In this document: piece after piece, positions 1 to 7,990 of the stretch
Position numbering within the stretch: position 1 is the stretch's first letter
Layout: each line of letters starts with the position of its first letter
Program-made: the position numbers and the translations under genes
NCBI GenBank assembly: GCA_965214775.1
Contig: OZ243974.1
Location: forward strand, 1,536,001 to 1,600,000
Direction: 5' to 3'
Source: Nitrosopumilus sp.
GTDB lineage: Archaea > Thermoproteota > Nitrososphaeria > Nitrososphaerales > Nitrosopumilaceae
Length of the DNA stretch: 64,000 nt
Notes under the pieces: generated by a model
Database searches by the model: none
What the model was told of the DNA's origin: nothing
What the model saw: the letters and a program-made list of their open reading frames with translations, nothing else

Positions 1-980
1 ATAAAGACATGACAAGAAAGATGTCGGACAAAGAGATCAGGTATATCGTCAAGGGACGTAATGCCGGAAAGAGCGCCACGTCGCTGGCCCGTGACATGAA
101 GGTGACGCCACGGCACGTGAGGAGGATTTACGCCAGGTACCGCCGGACCGGAAAGATGCATGTGCAACAAAAGGCTGGAAGAAAGGCCGCACCGCAGCCC
201 GCGGCAGGCCAGGTGCAGGCAGTCTTGGACATGCACTGTATAGAGCACGTGGGCGTGATGCGCACTGCCATGCGCCTGCAGGATGCAGGTCACATTATAA
301 GCTACAACAGCGTATATCGGATAATGAAGGAGCAGGGACTCGTTGCCGCATCAGATACCAAGTCGGGCCAAAAGAAATGGCTGCGCTATGAGCGCAAGTA
401 CTCCAACGCAATGTGGCACGTGGACTGGCACGAAATGAAGGATCCACGCCTGAGAGGGCTCAAATTAGTCACGTTTTTGGACGATTCCTCCCGGTGTGTC
501 ACGGCGGCACGGACGTTTGCAGATGCCACATCAGAAAACGTGGTGATAACACTCAGGGAGGCCATAGGCAGGTTTGGCAAGCCGGCCACCATACTGTCTG
601 ACAACGGCAGGTGCTTCAACGGCGGCCGCAGCAAGAAGAACATGCCACGCGGGACGTGGACGCCGACTGCCTTTGAGGCCGAGCTGCTGGATCGGGGCAT
701 CGGGCTGATAAACTCCAGGCCGTACCATCCGGAGACCAACGGCAAGTTGGAACGGTTCCACGGCAGCATAGAGGCTGAGATCCGCCACTATGAGAGCTTG
801 GATGCATACATCAAGTATTACAACGAGCGCAGGCTACACTTTGGGCTGGACATAGCCCACCGCCAGACACCCATCATGGCGTTCTCGGACAAAACTGCCA
901 CAGAAGCGATCAGGAAATCCGACCCAAAATGGATGGAGAGGGACATCAATGAATAGCGGACATTATTTCCATATAACACA
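1..980 (+). mobile_element. IS481-family element, copy 1 (left end outside window)
   Basis: Transposase followed by right end ...cggacattatttccatataacaca, ending in ACA as expected for TGT...ACA termini; the same end recurs at 31445-31468. Confidence 0.75.
9..956 (+). CDS. IS481-family transposase (HTH + rve/DDE integrase core)
   Basis: WHVDW, FLDDSSR, LSDNG, PETNGKLERFH and YYNERRLH motifs typical of IS481/IS3 integrase cores. Confidence 0.9.
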   Translation: MTRKMSDKEIRYIVKGRNAGKSATSLARDMKVTPRHVRRIYARYRRTGKMHVQQKAGRKAAPQPAAGQVQAVLDMHCIEHVGVMRTAMRLQDAGHIISYNSVYRIMKEQGLVAASDTKSGQKKWLRYERKYSNAMWHVDWHEMKDPRLRGLKLVTFLDDSSRCVTAARTFADATSENVVITLREAIGRFGKPATILSDNGRCFNGGRSKKNMPRGTWTPTAFEAELLDRGIGLINSRPYHPETNGKLERFHGSIEAEIRHYESLDAYIKYYNERRLHFGLDIAHRQTPIMAFSDKTATEAIRKSDPKWMERDINE

Positions 981-987
981 CATAGAT

Positions 988-1098
988 CAGCTAAGTGAAA
1001 AGTACCCTGAAATCGAGTAAAAACAGAAACTGGGCAGGAGGCACGGCGCCTCAGTAGCAGGGCAAAACAACAAATCTCATTTACATTTCACTTAGCTG
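988..1098. mobile_element. MITE family A, copy 1 (111 bp)
   Basis: Terminal inverted repeats CAGCTAAGTGAAAAGTA / TACATTTCACTTAGCTG; related copies at 3035 and 7205. Confidence 0.85.
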
Positions 1099-1135
1099 AT
1101 ACCCCAACAGCAAACAAAAACAACACTTCTATTCA

Positions 1136-1244
1136 TAACAGTTCGGACTATGGAAGTCCAGACGTGGGTTTTGCCATCTCGGAGGGCTCCGATCGAGTAT
1201 AATCTGTGTCTAAAATCAGGAACGGCTTCCAGAGCGAGCTGTTA
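1136..1244. mobile_element. MITE family D, copy 1
   Basis: Imperfect TIR TAACAGTTCGGACTATGGAAG / CTTCCAGAGCGAGCTGTTA; diverged homologue at 32080-32187. Confidence 0.6.
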
Positions 1245-1283
1245 CGGCAACAGCCTTTTTAGCGACCTGCCTGTAGTTCTGCC

Positions 1284-2690
1284 ATGATCAGGTGCCTTGC
1301 TATAACAGGACTCTTTCTGGTTCTAGTAGCAGGTGCCGTTGCCACCGCGCATGCGGAGGTACCGCCCCCGCTAAAGCAGCTTGCAGCCGGCGTCTCTCCT
1401 GAGGGAGTCCTGTGCAGGGAGGGGCTCGTGCTGGTCGTGCGCGACACCGGCGGCGCAGTATGCGTGAGGGATAACACTGCAGAAAGGATGGGGTGGACCG
1501 TAACTATACCAGATGCCGGCACCGCCGAGTCCACGCACCTGCTGCTGCAGGCCGGCGGCCTGGTGCCAGTCGAGATTTCGGACTATTCTGGGATCGTGTC
1601 AGCAAACAACGACTTTGCAGTCGACTTTTACTCACACGTAGCCAGGCAGGAGGGCAAAAACATCGTATTCTCACCGTGGAGCATCTCCAGCGCCTTTGCA
1701 CTCGCACACGAGGGGGCGGGGGGCGACACGAGGGACGAGCTCACAGATGCGTTCGGGTTTCCGGAGGAAAAACGCCTGCAGTTTGGCTCGGCAATGGTGG
1801 ATCTGAACAGGCCCGACACAGAGTACCGGCTGTCGGTTGCAAACGCACTGTGGCTTGCAGAATGGCTCGAGCCGCTAGAGGAGTACGTGCAGACCGCAAG
1901 GATATACTACGACAGCGGCGTGGAGATGGTGGACTTTGGGTCCGGTGACGCGGTCAAGACGATTAACAAGTGGGTGTCAGATAACACCGGCGGCAGGATA
2001 AAAGAGGTCATGGCGCCCGGCTCCGTCGGCGCCGCAACGCCGATGGTCATGACGAATACAGTATACTTCAAGGGCGACTGGGTGACCACGTTTAGATGGT
2101 CTGCAACTATTGAGGACTACCCGTTCTGGGTGACCCCCGACAAAAAGGTGACGGTTCCGATGATGTACGCAAAGGCTGTCTACAAGCACGCATATGTGGA
2201 CACGCACCAGATCCTTGAGATGCCGTACGTGGGCGACCGCATCTCAATGCTCGTACTGCTGCCAAACGAAAAAGGCGGGATAGGCGAGCTGGAGGGGCTA
2301 CTGAGCGCCGAGAACCTCGAGGAGTGGAGGGAGGATCTTGCATGGAGAGGACTGAAGGTCTATTTTCCAAGATTCAACCTTGACGTCTCATACGACCTAA
2401 AAAGGGACCTGTCCGCGATGGGCGTGACCTCGATCTTTGATGAGAAGGCAGACCTTTCTGGCATCGCCGGGGACGGGCAGCTGTATGTGTCAGACGCAGT
2501 CCACAAGGCGTTCATAAACGTAAACGAAAAGGGGACGGAGGCCGGGGCCACAACTATAATAGCATCTAGTTCATCAGGGCCTCCGACGTTTCTAGCAGAC
2601 CACCCGTTTGTCTTTGTCATACAGGACAGGGAGACGGGCAACATACTGTTCATCGGAAGGCTGTCCGACCCGTCCCAGGGCGGCATGTGA
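1284..2690 (+). CDS. Secreted serpin (serine protease inhibitor) with signal peptide and small Cys-containing N-terminal domain
   Basis: NNDFAVDFY, NIVFSPWSI, INKWVSDNTGGRI, YFKGDW, hinge VNEKGTEAGA and FLADHPFVFVI serpin signatures; hydrophobic N-terminus; PPLKQ..C..C domain as seen in thaumarchaeal secreted proteins. Confidence 0.93.
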   Translation: MIRCLAITGLFLVLVAGAVATAHAEVPPPLKQLAAGVSPEGVLCREGLVLVVRDTGGAVCVRDNTAERMGWTVTIPDAGTAESTHLLLQAGGLVPVEISDYSGIVSANNDFAVDFYSHVARQEGKNIVFSPWSISSAFALAHEGAGGDTRDELTDAFGFPEEKRLQFGSAMVDLNRPDTEYRLSVANALWLAEWLEPLEEYVQTARIYYDSGVEMVDFGSGDAVKTINKWVSDNTGGRIKEVMAPGSVGAATPMVMTNTVYFKGDWVTTFRWSATIEDYPFWVTPDKKVTVPMMYAKAVYKHAYVDTHQILEMPYVGDRISMLVLLPNEKGGIGELEGLLSAENLEEWREDLAWRGLKVYFPRFNLDVSYDLKRDLSAMGVTSIFDEKADLSGIAGDGQLYVSDAVHKAFINVNEKGTEAGATTIIASSSSGPPTFLADHPFVFVIQDRETGNILFIGRLSDPSQGGM

Positions 2691-3034
2691 GCCGGCATGT
2701 GATACGCCATATGGGCGTGCCGACATATGCTGCACTGCTGCTGCAGACTATGGATGCGCAGATATTCAGGCAGGCAACGGTTCGTCTTGGCCGCCTTGAT
2801 CTACGTCATGTGTGTGGTGCCCAGCTTGGATAATCACTTATCCGTGCGATCCCGACCTCGCAGCTGCCCAGCATGCTGTCCGAACACCATCCTCCGGTGC
2901 CCCCGTGAGTCATATCTGGGAGGACTGCACCTGTGAGATGTTAAAGTCGTTGCAACATGCAGGCACGAATCCTGTTGCAAGATGATTTGGTCATGACTGA
3001 AAACCGAGGCGGCCCAGCCGATTACCTGTACCTC

Positions 3035-3145
3035 CAGCTAAGTGAAAAGTACCCTGAAATCGAGTAAAAACAGAAGCTGGGCAGGAGACACGGCGCCTCA
3101 ATAGCAAGACAAAACAACAAACCTCATTTACTTTTCACTTAGCTG
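3035..3145. mobile_element. MITE family A, copy 2
   Basis: Same TIRs and internal sequence as 988-1098. Confidence 0.85.
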
Positions 3146-3148
3146 TAG

Positions 3149-3238
3149 ATACGAGTTTACCCCTTAGGCGTCCTGCTGTCTGGAACCTTCATGATCACGC
3201 CTGACCCGCCGTATCTCAGGTGAGGGGTAAACTCCTAC
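3149..3238. mobile_element. MITE family B, copy 1
   Basis: TIR TACGAGTTTACCCC / GGGGTAAACTCCTAC; reverse-orientation homologue at 28601-28694. Confidence 0.75.
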
Positions 3239-3321
3239 GTCAGTCAGCCTTCCCAAACGTATCTGATTCGTGGGTAATAGGATAGCCTCTGCCAAGAGTT
3301 GTATGTGGTCACGCCCACATG

Positions 3322-3372
3322 CCAAGCATGAAAATCACAATTGCAGGCAAATGTGCATCTGATTGCTGCCTA
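3322..3372. repeat. Dispersed repeat family E fragment
   Basis: ccaagcatgaaaatcacaattgcaggc...ctgattgctgccta matches 59270-59318 and both arms of 48472-48654. Confidence 0.55.
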
Positions 3373-4057
3373 TACTGATGATCATTAAAAATTTCGCCTG
3401 ATATTATGCGTCTTGTGAAGGCTTGCAGATCTCCACCATGGTCCTCTTGACATGAACAAGACGAAAACCCTTACGGATACCATGAATGTGAAAAAGGATA
3501 ACATGGCTCATATCAGAATCTTGGCGGTGCGTTCAGTGCTACTTGGCAGGCTGATGCGTAGTGTCTGCGCTAAATAACAGATCAAAATTTTGGCATATCG
3601 CGCCTATTTTGACACAAAACTGATTGGTTTTCATTCATAGACGCTACGCCTAAAATGAGGGCGCAAAGGGCAGCATTCTTACATCACACTGGGCGCGGCA
3701 GGCATTTCAAAAAAATGATCTGCTCTGTGGCAGGATTACAACTTGCCCATGCAAATCAAATCCTGTGTCAAAATTTTTGTGATGCGCACCACGCATGAAC
3801 CCAGTTGCCGTAACTGTTCTGTCTTACCTTGTCCTTTCCAGCAATTATCTTTCTATTACATACTCTGCAGGTGCTGCTGAACTTTGCTGTTATTCCGCCT
3901 CGTTGTGAACCGTAATTGCTTCCGTATCTTCCGCTGCGACCAATGTTGCCAGTATTAGACTTTATGCGTAATCGGCCCATCTGATCTAAAAATACGACAC
4001 AATAGATCATTATTTGCACACCAACAACCCTAAAGATCTGTATGATTCCCTAACTGT

Positions 4058-5329
4058 ATGGGCTCAAATGACAAGACTCTCCAAGCATTTCAAGCGTTAC
4101 AAGCGCAACACGAGATGCTAGTCGAGCAACACGAGATGCTAGTCGAGCAACACGAGATGCTAGTCGAGCAACACGAGCAGGTATCCAAGCAAAACAAACA
4201 GATGTCCAAGCAAAACGAGCGTATGAGGAAGCAGCTTGCGTTTGAGGACTCGTTGTGGCAGTCCGAAGAAAACAAGACAAAAAGAGTCGTGCGCGGCGGG
4301 ACGCCTCTGCGGATGCACGCAATCGAGGTTGCAGACGGCATAATCGGCGATCCGGTGCGCCTTCGCAACGTCACGGGATGCACAAAGGAGTCATTTACGA
4401 TCATACTGGAGCGCTTTACGGAAGAAGTCATGGACGACGAGGACAGACCCCTGTTCTGGGAGGACGACGTAAGAGGCGGCGATGCCGGAAACCGGTGCAA
4501 GCTGTACATCAGGCACGCGCTGCTTGCAGTACTCATGAGCATAAGGACCAAGGCAACGCAGCATCATCTGGCCGCAACGTTTGACGTCGACCAGTCCACA
4601 ATGTCCAGGTACCTCCGGTACGGTGCCGTGTTACTGCGCCGGCTCCTGCCTGCCTCCGAAAAGCTAACAAGCATCATCTGCAAGACCCCGGCAGGCAAGC
4701 TGGAGGAGGTGCTGATCCCAAAAAAGACGCTCCTGATTGACGGTACCCTGACTCCGGTAGACAGGCCCGGGGACAGGACCGCAAGAAAGACCAGATATTC
4801 GGGAAGAAAAAAGCGGCACATGTTCAACACGATAATTACCTCGAACCTGGACGGCCTCATACTGCACTGCGGCAAGACTGTGGACGGAAGCGTCAACGAC
4901 AAGGGCGTGATGAACGCAGGGGGCGGCCCGGACTTTGGAAGGCACACCGGATCAATGAGGAATGCAAAAAACGCAGACGATCCGGAAGAGGCGTTTGTGA
5001 TTTACAGCGACCTGGGATTTGAGGGCATTCAAAAGATGCTTCCGGGCGCCATACACAGGCAGCCCCCAAAGAAGCCCAGGGACGGGGATCTTACTGCAAC
5101 GCAAAAGAGGCGCCGCAAGCAGATAAGCAGGGTCCGCGTCAGGGTGGAGCACCACATAGGGCGGCTCAAAAGATATGGCATTCTTACCATGCCGTTTGGC
5201 GGAACTGCCAAGGATCTAAACTATTTCATGCAGATAATCACGGGTCTTGAGAACCTCAAGACGATGTTGAAAAGGAAAAAACACTATGGCCAGCTGCTGC
5301 AGCAGCTGCATCTGCTGCCAGACACATGA
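4058..5329 (+). CDS. IS5-family DDE transposase
   Basis: HTH LAATFDVDQSTMSR; DDE motifs LIDGT, YSGRKKRH, SDLGF, RVRVEHHIGRLK. Confidence 0.9.
   Translation: MGSNDKTLQAFQALQAQHEMLVEQHEMLVEQHEMLVEQHEQVSKQNKQMSKQNERMRKQLAFEDSLWQSEENKTKRVVRGGTPLRMHAIEVADGIIGDPVRLRNVTGCTKESFTIILERFTEEVMDDEDRPLFWEDDVRGGDAGNRCKLYIRHALLAVLMSIRTKATQHHLAATFDVDQSTMSRYLRYGAVLLRRLLPASEKLTSIICKTPAGKLEEVLIPKKTLLIDGTLTPVDRPGDRTARKTRYSGRKKRHMFNTIITSNLDGLILHCGKTVDGSVNDKGVMNAGGGPDFGRHTGSMRNAKNADDPEEAFVIYSDLGFEGIQKMLPGAIHRQPPKKPRDGDLTATQKRRRKQISRVRVRVEHHIGRLKRYGILTMPFGGTAKDLNYFMQIITGLENLKTMLKRKKHYGQLLQQLHLLPDT
4106..4177 (+). repeat. 21-bp tandem repeat (QHEMLVE x3) in transposase N-terminus
   Basis: caacacgagatgctagtcgag repeated three times plus a partial copy. 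Confidence 0.9.
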
Positions 5330-6152
5330 CATACGGCGGTACGGACCGCCATTCTTTCTGACTTGTCAACGGGGCACATTGCCGTGCTGCATGGTTGCGC
5401 ACGTTCTTTTGGTGCAACTGGCTTTTACGTGCGTCATGACACGAGATGCATGCGGTAATTTGATCCGATCAGCGCATTTGCGTTTGGAAAAGCCTACGGA
5501 ATTTTTAATCACGGTCGATTACGCATAAAGTCTATTGCGTTTTGCGTCACTGTGATAATTGTCATCTTGGAAATAGTGCGGATCATGCTCGTCCTTGCTA
5601 TCATCCTCCAACATGCGCGCAAACTTCTTTCCTGACATGATGTCCCAATCCATGTCTATATGCTGCGGCTTGGCCATGATGTCCTCTATATGGAAGACGG
5701 CAATGGGCAGACGTATCTCCAACAACATGTTGCATTGATTGTCCGAGAACATACCCAAGCCGGTCTTTACTTCCGCCCAGCAAAAATCGTCTTTTGTAGG
5801 ATGCAATGTACGGCAAGTGTCTGCGCCTTCCACCTTGCATGCAAGGTAATCGAACACAAAGCTCGGGTTCTGAGTATCGTGATTGGATGGCTTTGATATA
5901 CGGATGACTTCTGGCCTGATGGATCCCGGAATACTTACACGTATCCTGTCAAACCCCATTTTGAATACGACGTTATCCAGATTTTTGCAGCTGTGTATAG
6001 TTTCAAGTGAGCAATATGCCCACCCCTTTTGCGAACACAGTTCCTTGTAGTATGTCTCACCAAGTGCTCCTTTCAACGTCTTGGTAATTTTCGGGCGCAT
6101 AATTGCACAATGAACATCATAACTAAAAACTGTTCTTGATCCATCCAGCAGC

Positions 6153-7193
6153 TCTATCATACGAAAATTAGTTCCGCCTAAGATCAGGCGTACTTTGAAG
6201 GATTATTTTAGGCTGTACCGATCAAAAAACGTGAGGAAAAAATTGGAGGAAAAGTCGCTCCGGTACATAGAAAAGCAGAGGAAAAAGGGCGTGCCTGCAA
6301 AGCAGATAGCCCGGGAGCTGGGCATCAGCGACAGGTATGTCAGGAAGATATGGGCCAGATTCCGCAGCTCCGGCACAGTCCTGCCACGGAGCGGGGCAGG
6401 AAGGCCCTGCATGGACACGGATCCCGTGGATGTGGAGGCGGTCCTTGACGCATATGCGCGGATGCCGTCGGGTGTGGAGAGGCTGGCATTGCGCATGAGG
6501 GCCGCAGGCAGGCAGATAAGCTACCATGCAGTATACAGGATCATGAAGGCCGAGGGAATAACGGACGGCTCGCCTGCCAGACCCAGACAGCTCAAGTGGC
6601 TGCGCTATGAGCGCAAGTACTCCAATGCAATGTGGCACGTGGACTGGCACGAAATGAAGGATTCACGCCTAGAAAAACTCAATCTGGTGGCATATCTTGA
6701 CGATTCCTCGCGGTGCATAACCGGATTTGGCGTCTTTGAGCGCGCGACCTCGGAGAACGCAGTCCTGGTGCTGCGCAAGGCCATCAAAGAGTTCGGGACG
6801 CCGGCCCAGGTACTCTCGGACAACGGCAGCTGCTTTACGTCAGCCAGGCGCGGTACCCCAAGGGGCAGCTGGACGCCCACGCTGTTTGAGAACGAGCTGC
6901 TAGAGCACAGCATCGTCCTGCTCAACTCGCGTCCGCATCACCCCCAGACCAACGGCAAGTTGGAGAGGTGGTTCAGAACGCTTGAGAAGGAGCTGACGCA
7001 CTTTGAGAAGGTAGACGAGTTCATCGAGTTCTACAACGAGCACAGGACGCACTGGTCGCTTGACATCAAGCGTGCAGAGACTCCCAGAATGGCGTTCCGG
7101 AGCCGGGAGGCCACAGAAGCGATCAGGAAAAGCGACCCCAAATGGATGGAGAAGGATACTAATGAGGGGCGGAACTAATTTTCATATGAAACA
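6153..7193 (+). mobile_element. IS481-family element, copy 2, with 15-bp target duplication
   Basis: Ends tctatcatacgaaaattagttccgcc / ggcggaactaattttcatatgaaaca; GATCCATCCAGCAGC at 6138-6152 and 7194-7208. Confidence 0.85.
6195..7178 (+). CDS. IS481-family transposase
   Basis: Homologous to 9..956 (WHVDW, LDDSSR, LSDNG, PQTNGKLER); start may be the GTG at 6231. Confidence 0.9.
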   Translation: MKDYFRLYRSKNVRKKLEEKSLRYIEKQRKKGVPAKQIARELGISDRYVRKIWARFRSSGTVLPRSGAGRPCMDTDPVDVEAVLDAYARMPSGVERLALRMRAAGRQISYHAVYRIMKAEGITDGSPARPRQLKWLRYERKYSNAMWHVDWHEMKDSRLEKLNLVAYLDDSSRCITGFGVFERATSENAVLVLRKAIKEFGTPAQVLSDNGSCFTSARRGTPRGSWTPTLFENELLEHSIVLLNSRPHHPQTNGKLERWFRTLEKELTHFEKVDEFIEFYNEHRTHWSLDIKRAETPRMAFRSREATEAIRKSDPKWMEKDTNEGRN

Positions 7194-7204
7194 GATCCAT
7201 CCAG

Positions 7205-7312
7205 CAGCCAAGTGAATAGTAAAAAATCGAGTAAAAACAGAAGCTGGACAGGAGGCACGATGCCTCAATATCAGGACAAAACAGCAAGCCTCATTTACTT
7301 TTCACTTGGCTG
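7205..7312. mobile_element. MITE family A, copy 3
   Basis: TIR CAGCCAAGTGAA / TTCACTTGGCTG with 5-bp TSD TCCAG (7200-7204, 7313-7317). Confidence 0.85.
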
Positions 7313-7514
7313 TCCAGCATTACGGTTATGGAGTGCAGATGTTATTTGGTACTGGAAGTACGGTGCAACTGTCTAGTGTAAAGCTTTCGTGGTGTAGCGG
7401 TAGCACAGTGTTGTGGATGTAAAAAATTACCATGGCCTAGCAGATGAATATCATACTTGATGGGTAATCGGCCTCATTGTGATGAATTTGTTCGTAATGA
7501 TTCTGGATCTGGAT

Positions 7515-7532
7515 CGATTACGCATAAAGTCT
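7515..7532. repeat. Solitary IS5-family terminal repeat
   Basis: cgattacgcataaagtct identical to the IS end at 5516-5533, also followed by ATT. Confidence 0.7.
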
Positions 7533-7547
7533 ATTGTAAGTATGATC

Positions 7548-7856
7548 CTATTTTGTAGCATGCTCAATTCCATTTAGATGTTTTATCACGTTGTATCCCT
7601 TTTTGCTTACCTTATAGCCTGTCCTAATTGGCCGATCCTGCGTTATTGTTCTTTCAAGCAGTCCCAAGTCTGTAAGCCTCGTTATCGTGGTGTTCACAGA
7701 TGCCCTGCTCTTGACAATTTTATTACTCATTACATATTGCGACACTGAATTGTAACCTATATTCTCGTTGTCTCGTATGTGTAAAAGTGTCTCATAGGTG
7801 CCTTTGGTCGCAAGTACACGCAATACCCTTCCAATACTATGTTTGTCTGCTGTCAC
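7548..7856 (-). CDS. Winged-helix (HxlR-like) transcriptional regulator
   Basis: VLATKGTYETL...LTDLGLLER...TGYKVSKKG pattern; divergent from the defence operon. Confidence 0.7.
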   Translation of the reverse strand: MTADKHSIGRVLRVLATKGTYETLLHIRDNENIGYNSVSQYVMSNKIVKSRASVNTTITRLTDLGLLERTITQDRPIRTGYKVSKKGYNVIKHLNGIEHATK

Positions 7857-7990
7857 AGTAAAAACTAATGTTAGCCCATCTCAAAAATTCTAAACTTAGA
7901 TAACATATACTTACCTCAGTATTCATGATCCTATTTATAAGAGCCTAGCCGTTACAGTGAACTATTGATTGGTTTTGGTAAGGTGCCCAT

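Larger units (their letters stand above)
988..3145. mobile_element. Composite transposon bounded by two MITE-A copies, carrying a serpin gene
   Basis: TAGAT at 983-987 and at 3146-3150 flanks the outer ends; inner flanks do not match; the lone copy at 7205 has a 5-bp TSD. Confidence 0.7.
3957..5533 (+). mobile_element. IS5-family (ISL2/PIF-Harbinger-related, DDE_Tnp_4-type) element
   Basis: TIR AGACTTTATGCGTAATCG / CGATTACGCATAAAGTCT; 3-bp TSD ATT at 3954-3956 and 5534-5536. Confidence 0.88.
3768..6100 (-). pseudogene. PD-(D/E)XK-like nuclease with C-terminal Zn-ribbon, split by IS insertion
   Basis: 5' part (6100-5534) has GALGE...FDYL...WAEVKTG; 3' part (3956-3768) has CRVC...WVHAWC; removing the IS and one ATT copy rejoins the frame (...DAKRN-TGNIG...). 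Confidence 0.7.
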
